From contig BFEA01000034.1 of NCBI GenBank assembly GCA_003427395.1, positions 2,485,098 to 2,549,097 of the forward strand: a DNA stretch of 64,000 nucleotides. Direction: 5' to 3'. The first letter of the stretch is position 1, and each line of letters starts with the position of its first letter. The notes below the pieces were generated by a model. The model ran no database searches and had not been told where the DNA came from. It was given only the letters and a program-made list of their open reading frames with translations. Position numbers and translations under genes: made by a program. Positions 1 through 13,200 of the stretch are shown piece by piece. This stretch comes from Chara braunii (Eukaryota; Plantae; Charophyceae).

Positions 1-92
<92 letters not shown>
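1..92. repeat. (TC)n then (TG)n compound microsatellite
   Basis: Direct reading: (TC)30 at 1-60, then (TG)n to about 92. Confidence 0.98.
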
Positions 93-94
<2 letters not shown>

Positions 95-427
95 ATGGCC
101 ACGTTGGCTCGATGACAGCGACCCAGGAGCAGCCACGATGACGGTGATGGGGGAAGCACTGCAACGACGACGTCAACAGCTCGTCGCATTCCAGCGGGGT
201 GAATGGCGGGCAGGGGGAGTTTCGATAACATACCAGCGGGCTGAATGTTGGGGGGAGTTTCGATTCAAACAGACCTCGTTTCCCCCCAAAACCAAGGCCA
301 CACCAAGACTGCACAGTCCAGAGTGAATGAAAAAAAAAAAAAAAAAAATCTAAAACCTAAGAAGCGCGCATCCGGCCGTGTCTGCAGAGGCCCAATGGGT
401 CGAAAAATTACCACAGAGAATTTTCTG

Positions 428-465
428 GGGTCGGCCTCGACCCAATGAAGGGTCCAGGCCGACCC
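428..465. other. 16-bp inverted repeat (hairpin)
   Basis: GGGTCGGCCTCGACCC-AATGAA-GGGTCCAGGCCGACCC; arms are reverse complements with 1 mismatch. Confidence 0.8.
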
Positions 466-1299
466 ATTAAAAAAAAAGAAATCCTCTGGATTTGGCACCT
501 TGCAGACCCTCCGGACCGTATGTCCGGGCGGACATGGTACTTCGGAGTGTCTGGAACTCGGCCTGGACGTCCGGAACGTATCCATGGAAGATACACTGTC
601 ATACTTTTTGTCTTTTGCACATGTTATGAGTGGTGGAGCGAGGCACAAACTCATTTTGTTTTTTTCGTTTCTTGTGTGGAGGTCAGCTACTTAAACTTAC
701 AGCACAGACACGAACATTGTTCATTGTTAATTGTTTATTTGCATGCCTAATTCTTTGCCCTGCTTTAGAGCATGGGATGTCTGGTGGCCACAAGTTTTTT
801 CGAGGTGGGAATGTATATTCGGAGTTCTGGCCACAATATATTTGCGAGGAGGCTCAGAGAGTGTTTGATGTGGGTGTCATTCCCATTGGTTGCTCCTTTG
901 GAACACATGGAAGAAGCGGTAGCGCTCCTGGTGTTGTGTGGAGATCTTGTGGTGTTCGGTATGATTTATGGTGACTTTGTGGGCCGACACAGAGAGGACG
1001 TTGAAATCGGCGGCGCTAGGTCGCAGCAGCTGAGCATGCGCTCAAACGTCAAGGCGTGAGGAGAAACAAACCCAACAACGGCATGCATGTCCGTGAGATA
1101 GAAGGGGAGGGGAGAATGAAGAGGTAAGGATGAAGATGGGGAAGAAGAAGAAGAGTAGTAGACAACGTAGGAGGAGATAGAGAATTAGGAGGAGATAGGG
1201 GAGAGATGAAGAGGACCAACTCGCGAAGTGTGCAACAAAAACCTCACTTCAGAAAAATTAAACAGCTGAACAACCTGGATTGAGGTCGGTGATACTGCA

Positions 1300-1338
1300 G
1301 ACATGTTTCGGCCACCTCGTCGAAATGGCCATCTTCAG
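1300..1338 (-). ncRNA. Minimal type I hammerhead ribozyme core, Penelope-like element (PLE) type
   Basis: Minus strand reads CTGAAGA-T-GGCCATTTC-GAC-GAGGTGGCC-GAAAC-AT-GTC: CUGANGA and GAAA boxes, 9-bp helix II, palindromic ACATGT helix III, GUC cleavage triplet. Helix I pairing is poor. Confidence 0.65.
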
Positions 1339-1898
1339 GGGATGGTTGCGCTTGCGAGGTAAGTCGAGCTAAGAGATTAAAGAGAGGCCTATGATCAGCG
1401 TTAATCTTCAACAGCACGCTGCGATCTGATTGGCTATGAAGTACTTCATGCGGATTGACATGGCCCTCCCGAGTGTCTCCCCTTCTCTCCTCCTCCTCCT
1501 ATCATCCTTGCTCTCTCTCCCCTCTCCCTCTTCTCCGCAACTATAAATCTCGCAAGCGCGTTCCACTTTCTCTCTCTTGCAATGTATTGGCCTAGATGAG
1601 GTGGTGATCAGCGTTTCAAAAAGTCCTGACAAGTTAGCTGCAGCTTTGCGGGATTGTGTGTTGGATCGCTGCGACAGACTGCATGATCCAGGCGAAGCTG
1701 CGCAGTAGTTCAGTGGACGGAGTGACGATCGCTGGGTCAAGTGTTGGACATGTGGCGGTCGGGACCGTCGGTGTTCGAGCAGGGAAAGAAGTGTTGATTG
1801 GATGGATGACTCAGGGCCATAGCTCGAGGGCAGCCTTGCGTCTTGTTTCTTGGTCCCTCCTGCAGATACGATTGGGAGCTAAGCGCATGGCGATACGC

Positions 1899-2063
1899 CA
1901 ATTTTTCTTCTGATTTTGAGCGAGTGTATACCCTCTCTCTTTTTTCCTCTCCCTCTTTCCATGGATGCATGAGCAATTTTCTTCTGATTTTGAGCGAGTA
2001 TATACCCTCTCTCTTTTTTCCTCTCTTCCTTTCCTCTCCCTCTTTCCATGGATGCATGAGCAA
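1899..2063. repeat. ~75-bp tandem repeat, about 2 copies
   Basis: CAATTTTCTTCTGATTTTGAGCGAGT(G/A)TATACCCTCTCTC...TTTCCATGGATGCATGAG occurs twice. Confidence 0.9.
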
Positions 2064-2624
2064 ATGTATGATTATACGTGTGTCATAACGAGTGAATGGG
2101 TGCACGTGCTCGTCCTCGTGTTGTCAAAAATCTCGTTGGGCTATGATCGTTGAAGCACAAGGACCAGTGTTGGTTCTTTGGTAAGGATGTCTGTTTGTCG
2201 CTTTCTTTTGGAAGTAATGTGCTAATGATGGATGTATGCGGCTTCAATTTATCTTTCTTTATTGACGATCTCATCGAAGGTGTTCTTTGCGCTTTCAATC
2301 GATCCACCCGACTCGTTCCTCTATATCATCTTGAAGGATGTGATTAGGAACTTCATCGTGCCTCGATCGATCGAAAGCGCGCAACTCTCCTAGCTCCCCT
2401 CACTTCTTTCGTTTATTATCTCATGAATATGCATTTTGACAGTTGTTTCACGTGTCAAGATCTTTGCTCTTCTTGTCGTTGAGGATACCGATCGCTGTGT
2501 ATCTCTCCGAAATTTTTTGTTGATGTCACCCGAAGTATATATTCGAACCCCTCCCTTCTCCCTTTAGAGAAATCAACGCGAATGAGCTCGAAAGATCTTC
2601 TTTCGGAACTCTTCCATTAGTTTC

Positions 2625-3621
2625 TTAGGTTATTCCCCACCCTGACGGAATACGGGAAGCAGCAGTTACTTCGCCTGGACAAACTTTTGACGCAGAATCA
2701 ACCCCCGAAACCACTGAGATTTGATCATTTTGTCTTATGAACGGTGGATGCATGTGTATCGGCCATGTGGACTGAGTAGCTGAACCATCGGGACACCAAC
2801 TTGAACCTCCCCGACCACGGCCCTTCACGTACAAGTAGGACAGGATGTGTGTCTGTGAGTGGGACATGTGAGAGGTTGTCGCCAAGATAGGCGGCCCTTA
2901 TTATTTCCCTTCCGATGCATGCTGTCCTGTGGCCGACGGTTGTGCCCCATTGACCTCGTACTTTATGCGGCGATTGTCGCACAAAGCGCTTTCAAGCCAG
3001 AGGATTCAACTATCGAACATGTGGCGAGGACTACAAGCAAAAAGCAGTAAGACTTTGATCCTCTGATTCGGATTCAGAACTCTGGGACGGGCGATGTCGG
3101 TCCCTTGTGCGAAACCGAGATCCGACATGCGTCCCCCATCCCTTCCGACCCAAAAAGAGGCGGCACGCCTTGCGTATCGAAGTTCAAAGATACTTTTTGG
3201 ACTAGGTGACCGTTGAGGAAGGGCCCACTTCCCTAGCCTCTGTGTCTATTTGTTCGTCGCTCCGTATCTGGGACCACACGGGAGATTTCAGTTTTGTCTG
3301 TCTCCACACTCAATTTTCCAAAATTCCTTTGCACACCCCATTTCGCCGCTTTCCGGGCCCCTTTTTACGCTTTAGTCACTTCGACAAGGAAAGCAGAGCA
3401 GGGCGTGAGGTGGAGTCCACAGTAATCAATGCTGGCAGGCGTTTCTCAGATACTTTCTTGATATTTTCCTGAATCATTTTGTACATGGGACGCTGGACCC
3501 GTTTTCCGGCAGGTGACGCCCCTCACCAATAGATGGAGTCTCTTACCGGTTGCTAGCGGTGTCTCCTTTTACCAGCACCACTAGCACTGGAGGGAGTGTT
3601 TGGTTAATAAAAAACAAAAAA
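2625..3621 (+). mobile_element. Decayed non-LTR retroelement 3' end with A-tail
   Basis: Ends in the shared 3' motif (3487-3593) and an A-rich tail (3606-3621); 5' boundary uncertain. Confidence 0.45.
3487..3593 (+). ncRNA. Conserved LINE 3'-UTR double-pseudoknot + hairpin motif, copy 1
   Basis: GGGACGCTGGACCCGTTTTCCGGCAGGTGACGCCCCTCACCAATAGATGGAGT, then hairpin TGCTAGCGGTG...CACCACTAGCA. Confidence 0.75.
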
Positions 3622-3689
3622 TATGTGGGCACAGTCATGGCCTTTGGCCCCCACTACCACTCTCTGACCAAGCGACGCGCGGCACATTT

Positions 3690-5170
3690 TATCTGAAAAC
3701 CTTACTCGGAGGAGAATGTCAACTTTCTCTCGAACGTTGCTAGGGAAATGCTCTGTCAACCGAGATTTGAAGGTGGTCCTAGCATTTTAGACCCCCAAAA
3801 GCAGAACAAGGCTACCCGGCTGAAATGGGTAGTTCGGGCATGCTTGGAATCCCCTGTCCCAGATTGGGTGCACCTAGCCGAGCAAGTACTGGCTCAGAAA
3901 TGGCACCTTCCCAGATCGGGGGATGTCTAGACATGTATGTTTCTATTTTCATATCAGCGCCGTATGATTACATCGCCTTTTTGGCATGCCACCATTCAAG
4001 CCTGAAAGAAGCTCCAACCGGACGTATGGGCCGTACCTCAAACCAAAGCAGAGGTATTCGCCCAACCAATCTTTGAGAACCTACATATCCTCCTCCCAGG
4101 AGGGCTCTGGTTTAAGGCTAACTCAGCCTTATCCAGTTTTGGGCAATCATGGATCAACGCAGCATACTCAGGATCAGCGATCTATGGGGTGATCTTTCGG
4201 GCCAATGGCCGAGTTTCCAGTAGCTTCAGTCTCGGCCAAAGTGTCTGCGCCCAGGTCGTTCAGACAGTGGCCTGGGACCGAATTGGTTAGGCTTGCCCAA
4301 CCACCCAGGCACAAACGTGTGTTCCCTGCTTGCACCACGTTGCTGGAAGAACCTGGAAGGCTCACAAAGATTTCAGATCCTCACAAGCGAGGCAGACGTA
4401 ACCAACTGGCGCGTGGCAACTGCCTGCCGCCCACCAGATTTTGCAAATATTGATGAGTTCAGGGCACATTGTGGGCCATATGCCGGTATGCCGAGGCTAA
4501 AATCATCGCACTATTTAAGGAGGAAGGGTAGTCTTAGGTAGGCATAGCGTATAAACCTGGTCACTCAGTTTCTATCCGGTCGCAGGAGACAGGAAGAGGG
4601 ATAGGAAGTGGAAGGAGCTGATATAGAAGTTAGGGGAACCTGGGGGTTCCTGGCAGCCGCAGTAGGCTCCATCAAAGCAGTAGCAAGGATGGGATGTTAT
4701 TCGTAGGCTCCATCAAAGCAGTACCAAGGATAGGATGTTATTCTTTGGTGGCTCTGGGATAGGTAGTATAGTTGAGTAGTTTAGCAGGTTTGCTTAAACT
4801 TGCTGGCTACATGGTGGCAGAACTAGATGATAGGATGTGTTGTTGTTCGGTTGGTTTCTTTATTTTTCAGCTTGTTGTGGCATTATTTGCCTTGAGGGAT
4901 GGCTTCCTTTTTTCCCCTTTTTTGGGTTTTCCCCTGTCTTTGGTGGCTACTTTTTTGGATTGTTCGGTACTGTTGCCCTGAGGGATTTCTTTGTTTACCA
5001 GGGTTGGGGTGTCACAGCAGTGGCCTAGAGTTGGCCCTTTCTGCTTCTGGAGGTCTTCCCAACACCTGCACCTAAGCTGGGTAGACGTCCCAGTCCTTCG
5101 GTTACCTTTACGGGTTGTTTGTGGAAGGATTCCTGGCGTCCTTTCTTTTGTTCTGCTAATGACAACTTAC
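3690..5170 (+). mobile_element. L1/Tx1-like LINE ORF2 C-terminal fragment and 3' UTR (decayed)
   Basis: LCQPRFEGGPSILDPQKQNKATRLKWV matches the post-RT xxPxxEGGLGI...N.A...KW motif of L1-clade ORF2; probable poly(A) at 6375-6392 beyond an inserted LTR-like segment. Confidence 0.7.
4662..4743. repeat. 41-bp tandem duplication
   Basis: GTAGGCTCCATCAAAGCAGTA(G/C)CAAGGAT(G/A)GGATGTTATTC x2. Confidence 0.95.
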
Positions 5171-6354
5171 TGTTAGTGGTTAGAGCACCGGTTGGAAATG
5201 CGCATTGTGGTATGAGGTTGCGGGTTCAAATCCGCAGCCTTGTGCATGGACACCGGCAGGGCATTAGAATGACGCACGGCTGGACACACATCCCTTGGGA
5301 TGACGCAGGTTAGCTATTACAGACACTGCCTGCGCACCACCCAAGGGTTGTTCATGGTGTTGTATGGTGGTTCTGGGTTTCACATGGGTTGCTTGGGGGT
5401 GTTGGTCTCGGGTGTTCTGTTGATCTCCCCAGTCTGGCATATCACACTTTCGTGCCATTTCCGCTAGTTGTTCACATGGTAGAGTCATTCGAATACACGT
5501 TACAAGGTCACGGGTTCGAGCTTGGTTCAGACCTTGGGGGGGTCCTTGTCCAGCTTACCCCGTTCTCTCTTCGATATACACACATGATGCCGCCTATACA
5601 TCTTGATACATCGATTGACAGAGCACACACAGCCTTCGGGCATATATACATAGCTTGCGAATTATACATGGCCTATGGGCTACATGCACAAGTTTCCACA
5701 TATGGTGCTGTCTGCACATCTTGATACACAGATACACGAAGCATACAGTCTTCGGATACACACATAGATTACGAACTACACAACTATCAGACTGGGGGGG
5801 TCTAGTCACTGGTGGGGTCTAGTATCTGCAGTAGGGACAGGTATGAGCCACCGGAGTTCCTACTGATATTCGAATAGAACTGTCTAGTGACTATATATAA
5901 GGCTTAAACCCTGGGGTAAGGGTAGGAGTATAAGTTGCTCTGGCCAGTCCGAGTTCCGCCTGACCTTGGGTAAGCTAGGGGAAGGACGGTAAGACTTTTT
6001 CAATGGGTGCTACCCTGTCTGAAACCTAGGGCCCAGAGTCTCTTGGGGCCTGTAGTAGATTCTGGGCCTGGCGTCCGAAGTTCCCGTTCGACAAGGCTCG
6101 TCCGATTCCGCTTCCACCAGGGCTGGGCAACCTATCAGCCCTGGTGCCTATCACTGCTGTTCGGTCCAAGTTACCTGCCCATTGGTAGGGTAATGGTCCT
6201 GAGTGCTGGTCACACTGAGGTAGGATAGTGGGATAGGGGGTACGCTAGGAGTATAGACATGAGGATGGGATGGGAGGTGGTCTCATATTCCAGGACACCC
6301 ACGGCCTACTGCTCCAGGTGATCACTGTGTACTCAGTGACTGGCCTCTACAACA
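5171..6354 (+). mobile_element. Candidate solo LTR
   Basis: TGTT...AACA ends, TATA-like CTATATATAAG near 5891, sits between a LINE 3' UTR and a poly(A); no TSD seen. Confidence 0.35.
5174..5236 (+). promoter_or_regulatory. tRNA-like Pol III A-box/B-box remnant
   Basis: TAGTGGTTAGAGC (5174-5186) and GGTTCAAATCC (5223-5233) within a T-arm-like TGCGG...CCGCA stem; no full cloverleaf. Confidence 0.55.
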
Positions 6355-7527
6355 CCATGGACTTCTTGAATTATAAAAAAAAAAAAAAAAAACGCTTACT
6401 GTTACGAAAAATAATAATAATAAAATAAAACATAAAAAAAAATCCTAGCTAAGCTGTTAGCGAACAGAACAGGAGCAGTAATCAGGAATTGTTCCCATTT
6501 AAACTGCCAGTACATCACGCAGGCAATCCACAGATTTCGGGTGAGCAATGCTACTTCCACCACCAGCCAAAAAAGGGAAAAAGTGTGCCGCTGGCAGTTT
6601 GGCAAATCTTGGCATGCAGTGCAAATCCACCATGGAGAAAAGATGCTCAGATGTACTGGTGGTTTGAACCACCGCTCTCGCTGCGTGACCAAGAAAATTC
6701 CCAGTTGGTAATCGGTAGGCCTGAACCAGGGCTTGGAAAACAGGCCCAGCACAGGTTTGGCCTGGGGGCAAATTGAAAAAGGTCCATGCTTTGGTGTCTG
6801 GGAACAAAAAAGGAGTTGTGGTTTATGAAGGGATTCCCAAATCTCAGTAACCTGAGTTCAGCCCCAAGTTCCAGTCTTGAGTCCCAGTCCCAGTCCCAGC
6901 CTAGAGTCCCAGTGCTCGGTCCCAGTGTATGTTCCATTGGCGGCCCTAGCCACATGTACAATATTCACGAATGCCTAAGAAGAGCAGCTTTCATTGTACA
7001 ATAATTATAGATCATACTTGGGGCACACCTGTGCTGTGCGTCGTGCGATGCACACATGGTAGATGCGCGTGCATTGGCAGAGTGCATGCCCACTTTTATG
7101 TTTTTTTTCCTTCCATGTGTGTTTTTCAAAGATCCCCAAATTCTCTCCTCATTCTAACCACAAATCATCACAAATCATCCATAAAACAAAAAAAGGTATA
7201 GATAATAGATAGGCAATATATTAGAAGATGCAAGGTTGCCCACGTTTGTGTGGTTAAAGCAGCAAGTGCCCACACACCCATCTGCTGCGGGAGCGCCACA
7301 CTTGCACAAATATATTATAGTCTGTAAGGGGGTCAAAGGCATAAGGCAAAGCCCTAGCACTAATACTATTCATCTCAAACAACTCACTCATGTCACCATC
7401 ATCTCCATCACTCCATGGCTAGATAGCCACCCTTTCACTTTGTTGTCTGACCCCTGGAGTGTATATACCACAACATAAAAATTAGTTGCAGCACAACGCA
7501 AAAGGCTCCACCAACAAGAAAGCACTG

Positions 7528-8687
7528 TGTTATGAACATGATTGTCCGTTGAAATTTTATCAACGCTCACTCACAGGAACTCCCGTACATGCCCATACAT
7601 GCACAGAAGGAAGGGGAGAGGTAGTGGAGGGTCACACCGCCCAGAAAAGGAAACGCAGCGGAAGACTCAGAGAAGCGAAGTGACAGAATACACAATTCAG
7701 TGAATTCTGTCCACATAAGTCCCAACAATCATTCATAGAAGACAACCGAGTGATCACAGCCAGAAATCAATGAAGAGATGACAATTCAAACACAGTATTA
7801 CAACTGTTTATTAAACTAGCATTGTTTTCCCTGAATAACCTCAGATCCCTGTTGCGCTACCCTTAGAGGGGTAGCGCCTCAACCCCACACACACCAAGCA
7901 GCTAAAAATAGCACCAGCACCCTAGGTAACACCCAGCGCCACCCTGACATCCAACTCAGTGGCCTGCGCCAAGATGAAACAGGCTCCCAGAGCCAATCGC
8001 CAGCCAGATGATGAAGAAGAAGCTCAGCGCCAACAGTCCCTGATGAAGACGAAGTCCAAACGATGATATCCTCTGAGAAGATGCAGCTATGGCTGCATCG
8101 CCATTGGGACCCTACTCCTGAGGAGGGTCAGCAGTGCACCACGTGCTCCAATGCATCAGACCCCTGATAGCCCAGACCGCTTTGACTCCCATAGAGTCGG
8201 AGCGGACAGCGTTGACCCCAGTCTGGTCAGCGCTCCGTAGGTCTGGCTATGTCCGCCGTCTCCAACACAGGAATCAGCAACCACGACCTGATACCGTGTG
8301 CGTAGCAACTTCCACCACGAAGTGTCAACTGCCAAAAGCCCAGGACCGACGTCCCCGTCCTATCTATACCCTAGACTAGCCTAGACACGACCTAGACCGG
8401 ACTGACTGACCGACCGGTACCGTTTCTGTTTCGGCCTCTAGGGCCTCTCCCTACCCAGCTATAGGCTATAGGACCGTCTATCAGCGTAGGCCCATTGGGC
8501 CTGTCTGTCCTAGGGGTAGCCCGGGTCTGCTATTCGCAGTTAGGGTAACTGTAGGAATTTCGAGTTAGTACTGGGCCCATATCTCCTATATTTACAAATA
8601 TGTCCCTTACGAATTTTCCTTACAGGTAGGTCTCTCGGTTAGCCCTCATCCAAACAAAATTACGAATCTGTCCCTACCTATGGTACA
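7528..8687 (-). mobile_element. LTR-like segment (boundaries uncertain)
   Basis: Composition resembles the confirmed LTRs at 30464 and 39598 (CCTAGAC motifs, TGTTATGA start); short similarity to 5827-5880; no TSD. Confidence 0.3.
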
Positions 8688-10299
8688 GCCTCGTCTGAGA
8701 GAGGCTACAGGCAACCTGGAACCAGCAAGTCATTGCAACTGACCACGCTGCACATGGTCTGGAAAAACTTAGAGAGCCCTCTGTTTTCTGGACTTATTGT
8801 AACCAGTAGGACGACTATCAGGCTTCGATCTTCTGTCTCGTATCTCTTGTCCGAGTGGATGCTCGCCAGGACAATATCCCACCCCTTCCAAGACTTACCT
8901 CATCTGCTTTGTCCTCATTGCTGATGATAACGACGGCTGGCAAGCGACCTAGTCTTCTACAGGGAAACGTTTCAGGTAAGATGTGACCACATACATTCCC
9001 CTTCTCAGTATATCTCACCTGCTATATTCCTCGGCTGTGTCTACTCATCTACCACGATGTCCTATTTTGTCTTCACATTCCCTTGCTACACTGCAGATAT
9101 CTTCTGCCTCTGATCTCGGGCTCCACTGTCTCTTGCCTGTCAATCTTCCCCCTATTGTGCAAAGGCTATCTCTTGCATTTCTCGCATCTCTCTTCCCGCT
9201 CTCACCTGCTTACCATCCTTCCCTCCATGTCCCACGCCTCTGTGATCCTGAACTCTCTCCCGCCGTCTTATGCTCTGGTTTTCGTACGCTCGCACCTCCT
9301 GCATTCCACACGTCTACCCCTCCACATTTTCACTCCCTAGGCAGTAAATGGAAGCTTCCAGAATAGAGGTCACTCGACCAAAGCGTTGAGAGCCTCTTTA
9401 CATGTTGCCGTCTGATTTCTACGGGTACTGAGGGGGGTCGGCAGGGCCTTCCTGCGTGGAGACGAAGGCTGGAAGGGAGGTTATGAAAGACGGGGAAAGA
9501 AAACAGTTCAAGCTTAGCGCTAATGGCGCCAAGAACGAGATTGGAGAAGTGAGGAAAGATTGCTTGCGGAAACACGGCGCAGAAAGATGCATGCACACAA
9601 AATAAAAAGAGGCAGGAAAACAGTTACACAAACTACCAATGAAGCCGCGCCTAATCCCTAAAGCCGAATTGAAACTGAAAAGTTTGAAAGTGTGCACATA
9701 CGAATTCAAGCGCCTATTCCTGATCCATTAACAAAAATTACACGGGGCTTGCAGGGGTATTTTTGCATTTGCACAAGGAAAGGATTCGGGCCAAGTATGC
9801 CAACAGGCAACCCTGACTTTCGGATTCAAGAAACCTGAGCAAAAGGAAATTCCAAATGCCCTCGCTAAGGCGCGTGCAAATCCTATGTAAAAGTACAAAA
9901 AGAAAGAAGGAAAGAACAACGGCAGAAGCGACGAGTTATGATTGGCCGACGTGTCCAGGTATCGAGCACTACCATGGACGAGCCCTTCGGATAAGAAAGA
10001 CCAAAAAACACACTCGGGATATGCTGACCCCGACACCCCGTTCACCAAGAATGCAATCTAGACTTGGTAGAGCAACTGGAATTGGACAACATCGTCCCCA
10101 ATTACTGAGCGGGTAATAACAAAAAAAAAGAAGGGGCGCAGAGACTCGCTCATGCACAGAAGTCGGTGCATCACAGGTTATTGAAAGGGGAAAACCTGTT
10201 TTCCCTATGCCAGGCACCAGATAACTACTCGTGCAAACTAGTTCCCCCCCGCCCCCCTTATTCACACCGACTACCCACCCACCATGTCTGAGTCAATTC

Positions 10300-13200
10300 A
10301 ACCTCCTAACCCCAACCATCAATCATCTGTTGGTCATCATGATAACAGGTGACTACATGTACTGAAACTTCATAGACGGCGGCTCAATGTTAGTCCAGTC
10401 ATTGAAGACGAGGCGGTAGTCCCTGAGGGGCCCCTGTCCTGTCAGATTAGTCTGATCCCCCTCCCAATGTACTTGAGCAATCCCCCCCCCCCCGCTCCCC
10501 CCCGAGCCAGTCTGTGCAGAAGCCGGTAAGTGTTCTCTTGATATCTTAGTCAGTCTGAAGAATATCCAGTTGGGCTTTGAGCGCATGCCATCTGCGCATC
10601 AGTTCCAATTGGATATGTTCCTTGATTTGCCCCGCGAGTTCCGTACCTTCCACCCTAACCCCTTCAAGATGTAGGAGGCAACATCGCCACCAAAGGGCCC
10701 AAAGGATCGACCATCTGCCTAATATGTACCAGTTTTCCATAAGGGTAGACGAGCTGGCTATCGTTGGGCAGTGTCCAGTCAATATAGCCTGCCAGGACCA
10801 TGGCCAGGGCAACGTCTGATATCATCTTATGCCATATGCGGACCCACCAGTGTCATGTCAGTAGTGTGACTGGGCAGTGCAAGAAGATATGCTCGATGGT
10901 CTCGCTCCACTTACGCGGAGGAAAGGCATTAGGCACCTCTGGCACCAAGGTAGCGCAACTCCTTTTTGTTCCAAACAAGTGTGGTAAACCATCTAGGCGT
11001 TGGTGGGGAGGCAGCGGTGTACAATTTGCCATTGCAATGATGTGACTTTGGGCAGCCTAACCTTGCTACTGTTGAACCACCTTATCAGCACAATGAGGGC
11101 CCGATCTACGTTTGAGGTGTCTGGTCCATCGTCGATCTGATCCCGCAGCGGTCGTTTGGCCCAGAGCATCCTATATGTGGTCTTGACTGATAGGCTATTG
11201 AGGTGATCCATTTTGTCCGACGTGGTTCCAGACCTTCTCACAGTCTTCCATTGCCATTCTTGGGGGTCCAAGGCTAGCTCCTGAATGGATGTTTGGGGCT
11301 GGACGACAGCAAGTCTTCTCCTTCCTCCAACACTCGCACCCGGAAAACCTCAGTTTCGTCTCCCCACTCAAATGGGTTGTGGGATCCCCTCAAAGCATTC
11401 CTTGGGCCTATCGCGGAGTATTCGACCAACACATCTGAGACCCTCACCATGTGGAGCCTGCCTACCCCTTCTTGTAACGTGTGTCCACGTCAGAGTAGTA
11501 TGTACCAGGAAAGCGGAATCACTTCAATGATTATGTCAAATTGTTTGTTCACGTGGTGGCAATACTAGAGCGCGTCCCGTAGCCGAGAAGCCGACTTCCG
11601 GTTATTCTTCTCTTGGTCCTACAGATGCCCCACGCGAAGCACCCCATGCTTTACCCAGTCTTTCCATGGCGTCGCTGAACTGCGTAATACCCGCCCTTGG
11701 TGGGGTGTGATCCACCGATTCCCGAAAAGGGGTTGTCGCCACACCTCCTGCCACCAGCTAGGTGACTGTTTATCGGGGAGGAAGCCATCGCCAACTTTTC
11801 AGCCATCGCCAACTTTTCAAGAGTGTTGGCCAAAGCTTTCTATTGGTTGTCCTTGAACCTTCTGAGGGATTGACCAGTAGTGATCTTCTAGCCATGTGAG
11901 CGGATGCACCTTTGCGGGGGCCGACAAGGCCAGCCTGGCTATATGCTCCAGGGCCAAAGCCTGTCGGAGGCAACTAGAGGAAAGGATCAATTTTTTCACT
12001 CACTGGAGGTGGAGGGCCTGTGTTGTGTTGGAGGGTTGATAATACCGAATCCCACGCTACACGACTAATTATTTTCACTCGTTCGCTGTCGCCTCACCAC
12101 CAGAAAGTCGCGACCTTGCTTTGAGGGCCCAAAATGCAGTCTTACTCATCAGCCAGAGAACCAACTTATACCACAATGTATAAAATACCACGATATTTAT
12201 AGCCAATGCCCGACCGAAAATCGATGAGTGTTTATTGTGCCAAGTAGACAGTTTGTTAAGGGCTGGTGCGCTGACCCAATCGTTGTTAGTTGGGGGACGC
12301 GCCAGGGCAGACATGGAGACACCTAAGATACGAATTGGAGCCTTTAGAGGAAGCCAAAGTATATTCGGGGTGTTGGAAAGTCGCCCCCCTTGATGGTGGA
12401 TCCACCACCCTTGGGTCTTACAGACTCTCTACTTCCCCAATTCGCTACCATGTGGGATACACCCGCAAATCTAGAATCCTCACCCATCGGCGAAAAGTCG
12501 GTCCAAAATTCATCTTTTCCAAACTTTTGTCAGTCAATAATCACAAAGGTTGCGTTTTGCTTGGACTGTTGGGTTAATTGCATTATCTCTTGAACTAGCA
12601 AGATATTTTCATGGATTTGCCTGTGTTGCATGAACCCTATCTGGGATGGGTGGATGAGCCCCTCCAAGACGGGGATCATTCTGTTTGTGAAGGCCTCGAC
12701 CAACATCTATGTGTGACGGTTAGGAGGGTGATAGAGCGGTAGTTGCGTATGTTAATTTTGTCCCTCTTCTCATAAAAGAGGGACAACACCCCTTGGCCCA
12801 CGAACTCCCCCATGCTGCCAGTGCGCCATACCTCATTGTAGTAGTCCATGAGGTCCAGGCTCAGGCAATTCCACATTGTCTCCCGTAATTCCTTTGGGAG
12901 GCCGTCCAAGCCAAGAGTTTTCTCCTCTTCCATTTGTATCAGGGTTGTCCATATCTCATCTTTGGTTAGGGGTGTCTCTAGGGTATCCCTCTATTTAGGG
13001 GAAATTGTTTTGGTCATTGGCTGGAGAAAATCCTCAATCTGATGTCGACGGGCATCCTCGTCAGTGCAAGGAATATGGGTTGCAAAGATGTCCTTGAAAA
13101 AATCACGGGCTATTTTGACACAGCCCAACGTAGCTAGGGTGGGGTAGTCGTCTAGCCTCACCTAGTCGTATAGGGCCTCCACGATTGTGCGCTTGGTCCT

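Noticed and set aside
1408-1740. GETLGRAMSIRMK as a GIY-YIG remnant
   Set aside because: Adjoins a low-complexity purine tract and lacks the GIY and YIG motifs
5171-5245. Functional tRNA gene
   Set aside because: No acceptor or anticodon stems; only promoter-box remnants
8038-8070. CTGATGA-AGAC-GAA-GTC-CAAAC hammerhead-like string
   Set aside because: GAAA box broken; no helix I, helix III or cleavage triplet
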